A model generated the notes under the pieces. It searched no databases and was not told the origin of the DNA. It saw nothing but the letters and a program-made list of their open reading frames with translations. From Laetmonice hystrix (Eukaryota), in NCBI GenBank assembly GCA_965235115.1, contig OZ249436.1, positions 55,244,001 to 55,308,000 of the forward strand: 64,000 bases of DNA, in the 5' to 3' direction. Both the position numbers and the translations under genes were made by a program. Of the stretch, positions 28,501 through 43,100 are shown in pieces. Each line of letters opens with the position of its first letter. Position 1 is the stretch's first letter.

Positions 28501-28700
28501 GGGCCCGTTGCATAAAAAAATCCCCGCCCGCTCCGTTAAACTGCCCCGTTAAAATAGCGGGCACCTTTTAGGTGCCCGTTAAAAAAACAACAGTTAACGG
28601 GAACTGTAGCGGGTGGGAATTTATTATGCAACGCAACATCCCGTTAACTGACCGTTAGCGGAGGATTTAACGGGCGGGGTTTTTTTTATGCAACGCACCC
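28501..28700. mobile_element. 200-bp MITE
   Basis: TIR gggcccgttgcataaaaaaatccccgcccg / cgggcggggttttttttatgcaacgcaccc. Confidence 0.8.
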
Positions 28701-28764
28701 CAGCGCCCGTTACGGTAGCACGGTATCGTTACCAGGGCAGGGCAGGGCATGGCAGGGCAGGGCA

Positions 28765-29330
28765 GGTAACATGAGAGGTCACTTACCTTGTTGTCCCGGT
28801 AACATGAGAGGTATCTTCTTGTCCCGGTAACAGGAGAGGTCACTTACCTTGTTGTCTCGGTAACAGGAGAGGTCACTTACCTTGTTGTCCCGGTAACAGG
28901 AGAGGTCACTTACCTTGTTGTCTCGGTAACAGGAGAGGTCTCTTACCTTGTTGTCCCGGTAACAGGAGAGGTCTCTTATCTTGTCCCGGTAACATGAGAG
29001 GTCACTTACCTTGTTGTCCCGGTAACATGAGAGGTCTCTTACCTTGTTGTCCCTGTAACAGGAGAGGTCTCTTACGTTGTTGTCCCGGTAACATGAGAGG
29101 TCTCATCTTGTCCCGGTAACAGGAGAGGTCTCTTACCTTGTTGTCCCGGTAACATGAGAGGTCTCTTACCTTGTTGTCCCGGTAACATGAGAGGTCACTT
29201 ACCTTGTTGTCCCGGTAACATGAGAGGTCACTTACCTTGTTGTCCCGGTAACATGAGAGGTCTCATCTTGTCCCGGTAACAGGAGAGGTCACTTAACTTG
29301 TTGTCCCGGTAACATGAGAGGTCACTTACC
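28765..29330. repeat. 33/30-bp minisatellite, block 2
   Basis: Same unit as block 1. Confidence 0.97.
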
Positions 29331-29394
29331 AGGGCAAGACTTTTTTGAGGCAGGGGGGTACACTCGGGCCGGCCCGGTAAGGAGAGGGGGCTGA

Positions 29395-29560
29395 CAGAAA
29401 CATCAGTTGCAAAACATGAGAAGCTACAGAATTGTGCTTTACGAATCTGCTTGGGACTTACTTACTGTACATCATGTGGCACACTTCCAAGAGTTAGCTG
29501 AAGTACCTCTTCTTGTTCATCGCAGAGCTGTGCACTTACGAATTTTTTGTGTGCTAGGTA
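29395..29560 (+). pseudogene. CR1/L2-type LINE ORF2 C-terminal relic
   Basis: Frame-broken translation EKLQNCALRICLGL...AEVPLLVHRRAVHLRIF resembles the post-RT region of CR1/L2 ORF2. Confidence 0.55.
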
Positions 29561-29705
29561 TTAAATGGCTCCCATGACATATCGTGTGGAATTTGTTGGC
29601 TATTTATTTTACAAATTAGAACACATATAAGTTACCATTTCATTCATTTCTCCGAATTAAATGTATATAACAATAAAAACAAACACTATCTATCAATTTG
29701 AAATA

Positions 29706-29711
29706 TTTATT
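29706..29711 (-). terminator. Candidate polyadenylation signal of the OLF gene
   Basis: AATAAA on the minus strand ~1.15 kb after the stop codon in AT-rich sequence (a second one at 29603-29608). Confidence 0.35.
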
Positions 29712-30859
29712 GACGAAAAACCTGTTGGACCTACTTTCGTGAGAATTAACCATAACTTCAAATGATAGTCACCTTAACACATCAAAAGATCTACAATTGT
29801 TTAATAACAAACAATAAACACCATTACTAATCAAGTCCCAGCAAGGTCAGCAAATTGGTAATAAACATATATAATCAGATCACTTCTACCGAGAATCAAA
29901 TACAATGCTAACTCAGACCCATTACAGTTATAAAGAAGACTAATATCAAGAATCATGGAAATAACGTGCATGCGACAGATAAAACATTGCATAATAATCC
30001 TCACACGCTGCGGAGCCATCGGTGCATTATACCGTCGACTTAGAGTGCAATTTGTTAGAGCATAACGCATTGTTAGTGTACGGTGTCTGGATTATTTAGA
30101 TGCCATTTTGTCTCGATTCGAATAGTTTAATTGTATTTTAGAGGGATAAGCTGTGTGCTAAAGTACCACTCAGTGTCCTGTCAGTTTCACATTACAGAAG
30201 GACGTTCACCTTGGTGTCACCATGCCACAAGTATGAGATCTGACAAATACAGAACGGGCAGAAATGGTCTGCCTCAGAGACGAATTCTTTTCGGTCCAAA
30301 ATATTTCTAGACGGGTTCACTGCTGCCGTCAAACAGTTTAGCGGGTATGGGCGAGGTATGGAGAAGCTGTAGACAGGAGAAAATCGACGTCTACTGAGGA
30401 CAATGTTCACAAGGATAGTAGTCATAGTTCGGTCACGTGGCTACGCTACGAAAATACTAAATGACTTGAGTCTTATCATGGAAAATAAAACCTTTGTAGG
30501 CCTACTGGTTAACATTCAATGTACGTACTGAATAAAGTCAAAACTGACTAAAAAGATTGTTAAGATGTTATTTCAAACTGCTGAACGTTGATGCCTCTCC
30601 AGTCGGCCAATGTTGCAGTATACTTATGTCCAGTCTGTGTACATATAACTTGGAGCGAGTTCTCGACATTACAATGTCTTACAATACACTCGACTTCGCC
30701 TCATGCGCATATTAAGACATAAAGACGTCTCTCCCTCGGTCTGAGATGCAATATTCAAGAAATGTTTTCTGATGTCTCTGAATGACTTTCATAAACACAG
30801 CCGAGAAGTGCTCTGATACTAACCCAAATCCAAACACCTTGCGCCAAAGAAATGTGTCC

Positions 30860-31140
30860 TCAGAAAGTATTTCTTGGTGGGATTTCGCGGGGGGGTTCCA
30901 TGGAGGGATTACCTACATTCGATGACCAGGATATTGGGTAGGTGACGAGGTGCTGGTTGTCCCAGCCAAAGATGAGGTGCTCACGAGGGTTGTAGTTGAG
31001 CGACCAGATGTGACCAAACTTGCTCGTTATGTGCATGCGAACGTAAGACTCCTGGCCGGTTAGCGTGTCGTATACGTACTGCTTGTGGTGAAGGTCAGGG
31101 CGAAGGCGATCGGTGCAAACATCCAGTGTGTACAGTTTGC
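30860..31140 (-). CDS. OLF gene last coding exon
   Basis: tag|GKLYTLDVC...LNYNPREHLIFGWDNQHLVTYPISW...stop; completes the codon split across the 8.6-kb intron. Confidence 0.93.
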
Positions 31141-34100
31141 CTACAAACGGACAACATGCATCATGGTTCATGAACCGGACAACATCCACCAACATGGTTC
31201 ATGAAGCAGACAACATTCACCATCATGGTTCATGAACCAGACAACATCCTCCATCATGGTTCACGAACCGGACAACATCCACCATCATGATTCGTGAACC
31301 GGACATCATCCACCATCATGATTTGTGAACCGGACAACATCCACCATCATGGTTCATGAACCAGACAACATCCACCATCATGATTCATGAACCAGACAAT
31401 ATCCACCATCATGATTCGTGAACCGGACAACATCCACCATCATGGTTCATGAACCAGACAACATCCACCATCATGGTTCATGAACCAGACAACATCCACC
31501 ATCATGAGTCATGAACCGGACAACATCCATCATCATGGTTCATGAACCGGACAACATCCACCATCATGGTTCATGAACCGGACAACATCCACCGTCATGG
31601 TTCATGAACCAGACAACATCCACCATCATGGTTCATGAACCAGACAACATCCACCATCATGGTTCATGAACCAGACAACATCCACCAACATGGTTCATGA
31701 AGCAGACAACATTCACCATCATGGTTCATGAACCAGACAACATCCTCCATCATGGTTCACGAACCGGACAACATCCACCATCATGATTCGTGAACCGGAC
31801 ATCATCCACCATCATGATTTGTGAACCGGACAAGATCCACCATCATGGTTCATGAACCAGACAACATCCACCATCATGATTCATGAACCAGACAACATCC
31901 ACCATCATGATTCGTGAACCGGACAACATCCACCATCATGGTTCATGAACCAGACAACATCCACCATCATGGTTCATGAACCAGACAACATCCACCATCA
32001 TGAGTCATGAACCGGACAACATCCATCATCATGGTTCATGAACCGGACAACATCCACCATCATGGTTCATGAACCGGACAACATCCACCGTCATGGTTCA
32101 TGAACCAGACAACATCCACCATCATGAGTCATGAACCGGACAACATCCATCATCATGGTTCATGAACCGGACAACATCCACCATCATGGTTCATGAACCG
32201 GACAACATCCACCGTCATGGTTCATGAACCAGACAACATCCACCATCATGAGTCATGAACCGGACAACATCCACCATCATGGTTCATGAACCAGACAACA
32301 TCCACCATCATGAGTCATGAACCGGACAACATCCACCGTCATGGTTCATGAACCGGACAACATCCACCATCATGAGTCATGAACCGGACAACATCCACCG
32401 TCATGGTTCATGAACCAGACAACATCCACCATCATGAGTCATGAACCGGCCAACATCCACCATTATGGTTCATGAACCTGACAACATCCACAGTCATGGT
32501 TCATGAACCGGACATCATCCACAATCATGGTTCATGAAGCAGACAACATCCACCATCATGATTCGTGAACCAGACAACATCCACCATCATGGTTCATGAA
32601 GCAGACAACATCCACCATCATGGTTCATGAACCAGACAACATCCACCATCATGGTTCATGAACCAGACAACATCCACCATCATGGTTCATGAACCAGACA
32701 ACATCCACCATCATGGTTCATGAACCGGACAACATCCACCATCATGGTTCATGAACCAGACAACATCCACCATCATGGTTCATGAACCAGACAACATCCA
32801 CCATCATGGTTCATGAACCAGACAACATCCACCATCATGGTTCATGAACCGGACAACATCCACAATCATCGTTCATGAACCGGACAACATGCACCATCAT
32901 GGTTCATGAACCGGACAACATCCACCATCATGGTTCATGAACCAGACATCATCCACAATCATCGTTCATGAACAGGACAACATCCACCATCATGGTTCAT
33001 GAACCAGACATCATCCACAATCATCGTTCATGAACCGGACAACATCCTCCATCATGGTTCATGAACCGGACAACATCCACCATTATGGTTCATGAACAGG
33101 ACAACATCCACCAACATGGTTCATGAACCAGACAACATCCTCCATCATGGTTCATGAACCGGACAACATCCACCATTATGGTTCATGAACCGGACAACAT
33201 CCACAGTCATGGTTCATGAACCGAACAACATCCACCATCATGATTCGTGAACCAGACAACATCCACCATCATGGTTCATGAAGCAGACAACATCCACAAT
33301 CATGGTTCATGAACCAGACAACATCCACCATCATGGTTCATGAACCAGACAACATCCACCATCATGGTTCATGAACCAGACAACATCCACCATCATGGTT
33401 CATGAACCAGACAACATCCACCATCATGGTTCATGAACCAGACAACATCCACAATCATGGTTCATGAACCAGACAACATTCACCATCATGGTTCATGAAC
33501 CGGACAACATCCACCATCATGGTTCATGAACCAGACAACATCCTCCATCATGGTTCATGAACCAGACAACATCCACCATCATGGTTCATGAACCGGACAA
33601 CATCCAACATCATGGTTCATGAACCAGACAACATCCACCATCATGGTTCATGAACCGGACAACATCCAACATCATGGTTCATGAACCAGACAACATCCAC
33701 CATCATGGTTCATGAACCAGACAACATCCACAATTATGGTTCATGAACCAGACAACATCCACCATCATGGTTCATGAACCAGACAACATCCACCAACATG
33801 GTTCATGAAGCAGACAACATTCACCATCATGGTTCATGAACCGGACAACATCCACCATCATGGTTCATGAACCAGACAACATCCACCATCATGGTTCATG
33901 AGCCAGACAACATCCACAATCATGGTTCATGAACCAGACAACATTCACCATCATGGTTCATGAACCGGACAACATCCACCATCATGGTTCATGAACCAGA
34001 CAACATCCACCATCATGGTTCATGAACCAGACAACATCCACCATCATGGTTCATGAACCAGACAACATCCAACATCATGGTTCATGAACCAGACAACATC

Positions 34101-37100
34101 CACCATCATGGTTCATGAACCGGACAACATCCACCATCATGGTTCATGAACCAGACAACATTCACCATCATGGTTCATGAACCGGACAACATCCACCATC
34201 ATGGTTCATGAACCAGACAACATCCACCATCATGGTTCATGAACCAGACAACATCCACCATCATGGTTCATGAACCAGACAACATCCACCATCATGGTTC
34301 ATGAACCAGACAACATCCACCATCATGGTTCATGAACCGGACAACATCCAACATCATGGTTCATGAACCAGACAACATCCACCATCATGGTTCATGAACC
34401 GGACATCATCCACCATCATGGTTCGTGAACCGGACATCATCCACCATCATGGTTCGTGAACCAGACAACATCCACCATCATGGTTCGTGAACCGGACATC
34501 ATCCACCATCATGGTTCATGAACCAGACAACATCCACCATCATGGTTCATGAACCAGACAACATCCACCATCATGGTTCATGAACCAGACAACATCCACC
34601 ATCATGGTTCATGAACCGGACAACATCCACAATCATCGTTCATGAACCGGACAACATGCACCATCATGGTTCATGAACCAGACATCATCCACAATCATCG
34701 TTCATGAACCGGACAACATCCACCATCATGGTTCATGAACCAGACATCATCCACAATCATCGTTCATGAACAGGACAACATCCACCATCATGGTTCATGA
34801 ACCAGACATCATCCACAATCATCGTTCATGAACAGGACAACATCCACCATCATGGTTCATGAACCAGACATCATCCACAATCATCGTTCATGAACCGGAC
34901 AACATCCTCCATCATGGTTCATGAACCGGACAACATCCACCATTATGGTTCATGAACAGGACAACATCCACCAACATGGTTCATGAACCAGACAACATCC
35001 TCCATCATGGTTCATGAACCGGACAACATCCACCATTATGGTTCATGAACCGGACAACATCCACAGTCATGGTTCATGAACCGAACAACATCCACCATCA
35101 TGATTCGTGAACCAGACAACATCCACTATCATGGTTCATGAACCAGACAACATCCACCATCATGGTTCATGAACCGGACAACATCCACAATCATCGTTCA
35201 TGAACCGGACAACATGCACCATCATGGTTCATGAACCGGACAACATCCACCATCATGGTTCATGAACCAGACATCATCCACAATCATCGTTCATGAACAG
35301 GACAACATCCACCATCATGGTTCATGAACCAGACATCATCCACAATCATCGTTCATGAACCGGACAACATCCTCCATCATGGTTCATGAACCGGACAACA
35401 TCCACCATTATGGTTCATGAACAGGACAACATCCACCAACATGGTTCATGAACCAGACAACATCCTCCATCATGGTTCATGAACCGGACAACATCCACCA
35501 TTATGGTTCATGAACCGGACAACATCCACAGTCATGGTTCATGAACCGAACAACATCCACCATCATGATTCGTGAACCAGACAACATCCACCATCATGGT
35601 TCATGAACCAGACAACATCCACCATCATGGTTCATGAACCGGACAACATCCACAATCATCGTTCATGAACCGGACAACATGCACCATCATGGTTCATGAA
35701 CCGGACAACATCCACCATCATGGTTCATGAACCAGACATCATCCACAATCATCGTTCATGAACAGGACAACATCCACCATCATGGTTCATGAACCAGACA
35801 TCATCCACAATCATCGTTCATGAACCGGACAACATCCTCCATCATGGTTCATGAACCGGACAACATCCACCATTATGGTTCATGAACAGGACAACATCCA
35901 CCAACATGGTTCATGAACCAGACAACATCCTCCATCATGGTTCATGAACCGGACAACATCCACCATTATGGTTCATGAACCGGACAACATCCACAGTCAT
36001 GGTTCATAAACCGAACAACATCCACCATCATGATTCGTGAACCAGACAACATCCACCATCATGGTTCATGAAGCAGACAACATCCACAATCATGGTTCAT
36101 GAACCAGACAACATCCACCATCATGGTTCATGAACCAGACAACATCCACCATCATGGTTCATGAACCAGACAACATCCACCATCATGGTTCATGAACCAG
36201 ACAACATCCACCATCATGGTTCATGAACCAGACAACATCCACAATCATGGTTCATGAACCAGACAACATTCACCATCATGGTTCATGAACCGGACAACAT
36301 CCACCATCATGGTTCATGAACCAGACAACATCCTCCATCATGGTTCATGAACCAGACAACATCCACCATCATGGTTCATGAACCGGACAACATCCAACAT
36401 CATGGTTCATGAACCAGACAACATCCACCATCATGGTTCATGAACCAGACAACATCCAACATCATGGTTCATGAACCAGACAACATCCACCATCATGGTT
36501 CATGAACCGGACAACATCCACCAACATGGTTCATGAAGCAGACAACATTCACCATCATGGTTCATGAACCGGACAACATCCACCATCATGGTTCATGAAC
36601 CAGACAACATCCACCATCATGGTTCATGAACCAGACAACATCCACCATCATGGTTCATGAACCAGACAACATCCACCATCATGGTTCATGAACCAGACAA
36701 CATCCACCAACATGGTTCATGAAGCAGACAACATTCACCATCATGGTTCATGAACCGGACAACATCCACCATCATGGTTCATGAACCAGACAACATCCAC
36801 CATCATGGTTCATGAACCAGACAACATCCACAATCATGGTTCATGAACCAGACAACATTCACCATCATGGTTCATGAACCGGACAACATCCACCATCATG
36901 GTTCATGAACCAGACAACATCCACCATCATGGTTCATGAACCAGACAACATCCAACATCATGGTTCATGAACCAGACAACATCCACCATCATGGTTCATG
37001 AACCGGACAACATCCACCATCATGGTTCATGAACCAGACAACATTCACCATCATGGTTCATGAACCGGACAACATCCACCATCATGGTTCATGAACCGGA

Positions 37101-40100
37101 CAACATCCAACATCATGGTTCATGAACCAGACAACATCCACCATCATGGTTCATGAACCGGACATCATCCACCATCATGGTTCATGAACCGGACATCATC
37201 CACCATCATGGTTCGTGAACCGGACATCATCCACCATCATGGTTCGTGAACCAGACAACATCCACCATCATGGTTCGTGAACCGGACATCATCCACCATC
37301 ATGGTTCATGAACCAGACAACATCCACCATCATGGTTCATGAACCAGACAACATCCACCATCATGGTTCATGAACCAGACAACATCCACCATCATGGTTC
37401 ATGAACCGGACAACATCCACAATCATCGTTCATGAACCGGACAACATGCACCATCATGGTTCATGAACCAGACATCATCCACAATCATCGTTCATGAACC
37501 GGACAACATCCACCATCATGGTTCATGAACCAGACATCATCCACAATCATCGTTCATGAACAGGACAACATCCACCATCATGGTTCATGAACCAGACATC
37601 ATCCACAATCATCGTTCATGAACCGGACAACATCCTCCATCATGGTTCATGAACCGGACAACATCCACCATTATGGTTCATGAACAGGACAACATCCACC
37701 AACATGGTTCATGAACCAGACAACATCCTCCATCATGGTTCATGAACCGGACAACATCCACCATTATGGTTCATGAACCGGACAACATCCACAGTCATGG
37801 TTCATGAACCGAACAACATCCACCATCATGATTCGTGAACCAGACAACATCCACCATCATGGTTCATGAAGCAGACAACATCCACAATCATGGTTCATGA
37901 ACCAGACAACATCCACCATCATGGTTCATGAACCAGACAACATCCACCATCATGGTTCATGAACCAGACAACATCCACCATCATGGTTCATGAACCAGAC
38001 AACATCCACCATCATGGTTCATGAACCAGACAACATCCACAATCATGGTTCATGAACCAGACAACATTCACCATCATGGTTCATGAACCGGACAACATCC
38101 ACCATCATGGTTCATGAACCAGACAACATCCACCATCATGGTTCATGAACCAGACAACATCCAACATCATGGTTCATGAACCAGACAACATCCACCATCA
38201 TGGTTCATGAACCGGACAACATCCAACATCATGGTTCATGAACCAGACAACATCCACCATCATGGTTCATGAACCAGACAACATCCAACATCATGGTTCA
38301 TGAACCAGACAACATCCACCATCATGGTTCATGAACCGGACAACATCCACCAACATGGTTCATGAAGCAGACAACATTCACCATCATGGTTCATGAACCG
38401 GACAACATCCACCATCATGGTTCATGAACCAGACAACATCCACCATCATGGTTCATGAACCAGACAACATCCACCATCATGGTTCATGAACCGGACAACA
38501 TCCACCATCATGGTTCATGAACCAGACAACATCCACAATCATGGTTCATGAACCAGACAACATTCACCATCATGGTTCATGAACCGGACAACATCCACCA
38601 TCATGGTTCATGAACCAGACAACATCCACCATCATGGTTCATGAACCAGACAACATCCAACATCATGGTTCATGAACCAGACAACATTCACCATCATGGT
38701 TAATGAACCGGACAACATCCACCATCATGGTTCATGAACCAGACAACATCCACCATCATGGTTCATGAACCAGACAACATCCACCATCATGGTTCATGAA
38801 CCAGACAACATCCACCATCATGGTTCATGAACCAGACAACATCCACCATCATGGTTCATGAACCGGACAACATCCAACATCATGGTTCATGAACCAGACA
38901 ACATCCACCATCATGGTTCATGAACCGGACATCATCCACCATCATGGTTCGTGAACCGGACATCATCCACCATCATGGTTCGTGAACCAGACAACATCCA
39001 CCATCATGGTTCGTGAACCGGACATCATCCACCATCATGGTTCATGAACCAGACAACATCCACCATCATGGTTCATGAACCAGACAACATCCACCATCAT
39101 GGTTCGTGAACCGGACAACATTCACCATCATGGTTCATGAACCGGACAACATTCACCATCATGGTTCATGAACCAGACAACATCCTCCATCATGGTTCAT
39201 GAACCAGACAACATTCACCATCATGGTTCATGACCCGGACAACATCCACCATCATGGTTTATGAACCGGACAACATCCACCATCATGGTTCATGAACTGG
39301 ATATCATCCACAATCATGATTCATGAAACGGTCAAAATCCAATACGATTCATGAAAACAGTACAACCACTTGGTAACATTCCCACGAGATACTGTCGCAA
39401 AAATGTAGCCCCCCCCCCCTTACTACCATTGTCCTTATCCCGAGCTCTGGCCTATACCTTTGGCCCCTTACTTCGATCCCAAACCCTTTTTCAAATGTAC
39501 AGGCAGGGCCGTAAATTTGAAGGGAATTTGACCGAGTCGAGCGCCGAAGGCGCGAGTCTTTCATGTAGTGGTGGTCTGGGAGGCCTCCTGCAGAACATTT
39601 TTCCAAGCCATTTTTTTTATTTTGGAAATTTAGCCGAGGCAACTGCCTCGGCTGCCTCAATGCCATTTACGGCCCTGACAGGTACTGTCCCTAGTCGCAA
39701 AGTTTCCAGTTACTCCTGTATTTTGATAGACGACAGTGTTACTTACCACAAGCCATAAAGAGAGCGCATACGGAGGTCTTGTGTTTGTTTGTGCTGAACG
39801 ATTTCGTAAAGGTCAGATCATTTGGATTCACCTGGTATATAACGAGTTTGTTGTTGTTTTCTGGAGTCGCCATTATTGCCCATAGTCCATACTCATCCAC
39901 CTGCAAAACAAAACCTATAGACATATATTTATATTGGGGGTCTTCAATTTGCTTGAAAACTCCTGGAGACACATAAAGTCGCTTGATCATAAAGTTGAAA
40001 AACGAAGTTAAGTTTACTTGATTTATATGTGCTCACTTTGAAATCAACGTAGGTGCCAAGTGTGTTGTCTAAATAGTTTAAATTCGACTTCACGATGGCC

Positions 40101-43100
40101 CTCTGCTGCTGCGTAACACGTTGAAGATTGCGCCTATAACGAATACAATATTTTGTCACCTGCGGCATTCATCCTTTTGAAAATTCATGCAGAAAAGGCG
40201 CGTTTGAAAAGTACAGATAATCTTCTTAAAGAAACAAATGAAATTTCCTTCAACCAACCTAAAATATTACTAGTATTTCAATTGTAGACATTATACAAAT
40301 GAATTCTTTCTCATTATTATCTTTTCTGAGAGTAGCCCTCAACTTGGCGAAAATACTGTAAATAGTTACTTGTATATATTGTTCGAGTAGGCGGAGTATA
40401 TCGACTGGTTGAACCCGACGTATCCGATGCCATTGGCGAGGATCTTTGGAGTCTTCATACCATTTCTGTTGGCCACAAAGTTGGAGTAGTTGCTGAACTT
40501 GTCGACGCCAATATTGGAGCTGTGAACTCGCGAAAAGATTTCCGAACGGTTGGTGTCGGTGGCCGGGACGGGGTCCTTGAACCAGGCGCCATAATTGGAA
40601 GAAATCCAACGGTGGGTGACCGGGTCTCCCACGTCGGACAGTTGATGGCTCTCACACCAGTCTGCATGGCGGTACATTTTAATCAGTATAAATATTTATA
40701 ACATTTCCGTTTCAGAGAGTGAATGACAAAAGTAAAAAACAAAGTCTCACCGATCTATACCTTTGTGGAAAAGGCGGTGCGAGGATTGAAAATAAAAGCA
40801 GAGAGCCTTCCGAATGCGCCAAATCAGATTTGTTGTTAGAGTGCTAACACAGCGATACTGGACCTATGAGAACAGTATCTGATCTGTACCATTTTTTACC
40901 AAACATCAGGTTTATCGTAGGTAGGGGAATTGTTTTCATACATGACAGTCCTCACTATTATCCCAATTCCTCCGGGAATCAGGGGTAAGAATTGACGAGG
41001 GCTGGTGAGGGGGAGTGCAGCGCCCAGTTCCTAAAAACTTCATGGCCTGGTTCCTAAAATCTTACTTAAGTTTAGGCTTAACACTTCTTGCTGAAATTTC
41101 AGCTCAACGTTTCTGATTGGCCGGTCTAAACTTAAGCAAGATATTAAGTTTTTAGGAACTGTGCCCTGGTGTGGCGTTAATCTAATAAACCACATGCGGA
41201 TGGATTTGGATCTTTTAGTAATGTTTCTCTCACCGTCCCTCCCTTGCCTTTTTTTATTGCCTCCCGGTAGCAGCGTTGTTTCTGGTACACGGGGTACAGC
41301 ATGCAGGTCCCATGACTGAACAAGTTTGAAGGTGTTATTATACTCATGAATAAGGCTGAAGTCGGAAAGCCAGATTTCCATGTGTACGTTTGACACTATG
41401 ACGTTACGTGGTTGTCCATCTGGATTTATAAATACGTACCACTGTATTGGTAGTTGATTGGAAGTTCGTCTCCATCGAAGGCAGTCCACTTGGCCGTGTC
41501 ATGACAGTTGGCGAGCTTCTGTCGCAGCTTGTCCAACTGAAGCGAACATCATTCCGTAATTGTGAACGAAGTCAAAATAAGGTGTCCTCTTCAGGGATGG
41601 AAATAAGCATTTTTTTGCGTAGCTATACAATTTGGAAATTGAATAGCAGTGTCCAAATCTTGTGTTGTACTGTAGCAGTTTCTGTCAACCTAACCCAGTT
41701 TCAACATGTCTTTTTCATATACAGTACTTCTTTATGTCTTCTTTCATCCGAAATTATTTATTCACAGTTTTCTGCAATCGAGTTTGGAAATTACATCGCA
41801 GTTTGGTCTGCATGTTGTATCGCAAAATGCGATGCGATACCGACTTTTTCCATCCCTGCCACTTATATTCTAGCTGAGGACAAAATTTTGAGCGGGTTAC
41901 CGAATTCAGACTGAGTTTCGGATAGAGAAGAAACGTCCGTGCCCTGTAACAACCCTTCGAACCCATCGTCAGCGCTGGTACCGCCACCATTAACAACCCT
42001 TCGAACCCATCGTCAGCGCTGGTACCGCCACCATTAACAACCCTTCGAACCCATCGTCAGCGCTGCTACCGCCACCATTAACAACCCTTCGAACCCATCG
42101 TCAGCGCTGGTACCGCCACCATTAACAACCCTTCGAACCCATCGTCAGCGCTGCTACCGCCACCATTAAAGGTGCTATTCGTGAAAAAAAATTCAATTTT
42201 TTTATTTTTAATTTTGTTGACGTTTATGTGATCCCACCTATCATGGAAATAGATTGACAACAAAGGAAATCAAAATTTTTCATGAATAACGGCAGAAATG
42301 GGGCTCTCTCAGAAGGCCTGTGGAGACCCTGACACGCCCCACCATAGGAAATGGCTCTATCTCGGTGCGCACCGAGATAGGTTTCAAATGCTGCACACAA
42401 ACTAATAGAAGGTTTATCAGGCCAATGGTATCGGTAGGAATTGTTTCTAGTACTATGAGCACAATGTATGATAGGAGAAATGCCATTCTGTGCGGGACGA
42501 ATAGCACCTTTAACAACCCTTCGAACCCATCGTCAGCGCTGCTACCGCCACCATTAACAACCCTTCGAACCCATCGTCAGCGCTGCTACCGCCACCATTA
42601 ACAACCCTTCGAACCCATCGTCAGCGCTGCTACCGCCACCATTAACTTTTTATTTATCGTAGGCCTACTACACATAAAATACTGTTTGAGTTAGAATGAT
42701 AATAATATTGAGCGTTTATCTTACCTCAATCCTCACTTCTTCGTTGTCGCCGTACGGGTTACGGTCCCACATCTCGTCGATGACGACCAGTAGGCTCTCG
42801 ATCTCTTCTCTCAGTGCTGCCACCTGGGGATCAGTCTGACCCGAAGATTCCAGCTGCTCCACCAGAGCGACTAACACCTCAGCACTCTTTTTTAGACCTG
42901 GTAAAATGTGTCGTCGTCGGAGGTTATTATTAATTAATATCTAAAGGTCACTAAATGCTATCGATTTCTTATTGAAGAGGCCTGAAATAGAACTGCTTAC
43001 ATTGGAAGGATTTGACTTTGCCCTTAAATCCCTTATTGAGTTTCGTTAAAAAGATCCCGCCACTTGTAGGAAAACAAAATCGTTCAACCGTTCGGAATTT

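Noticed and set aside
31149..39335. CRISPR-like array (31-bp palindromic repeat)
   Set aside because: Units are head-to-tail with no unique spacers, there are no cas genes, and it lies in a spliceosomal intron.
40134..40168. Alternative acceptor at ~40160 for OLF exon 6
   Set aside because: The phase gives an immediate TGA after exon 5; the acceptor at 40134-40135 keeps the frame.
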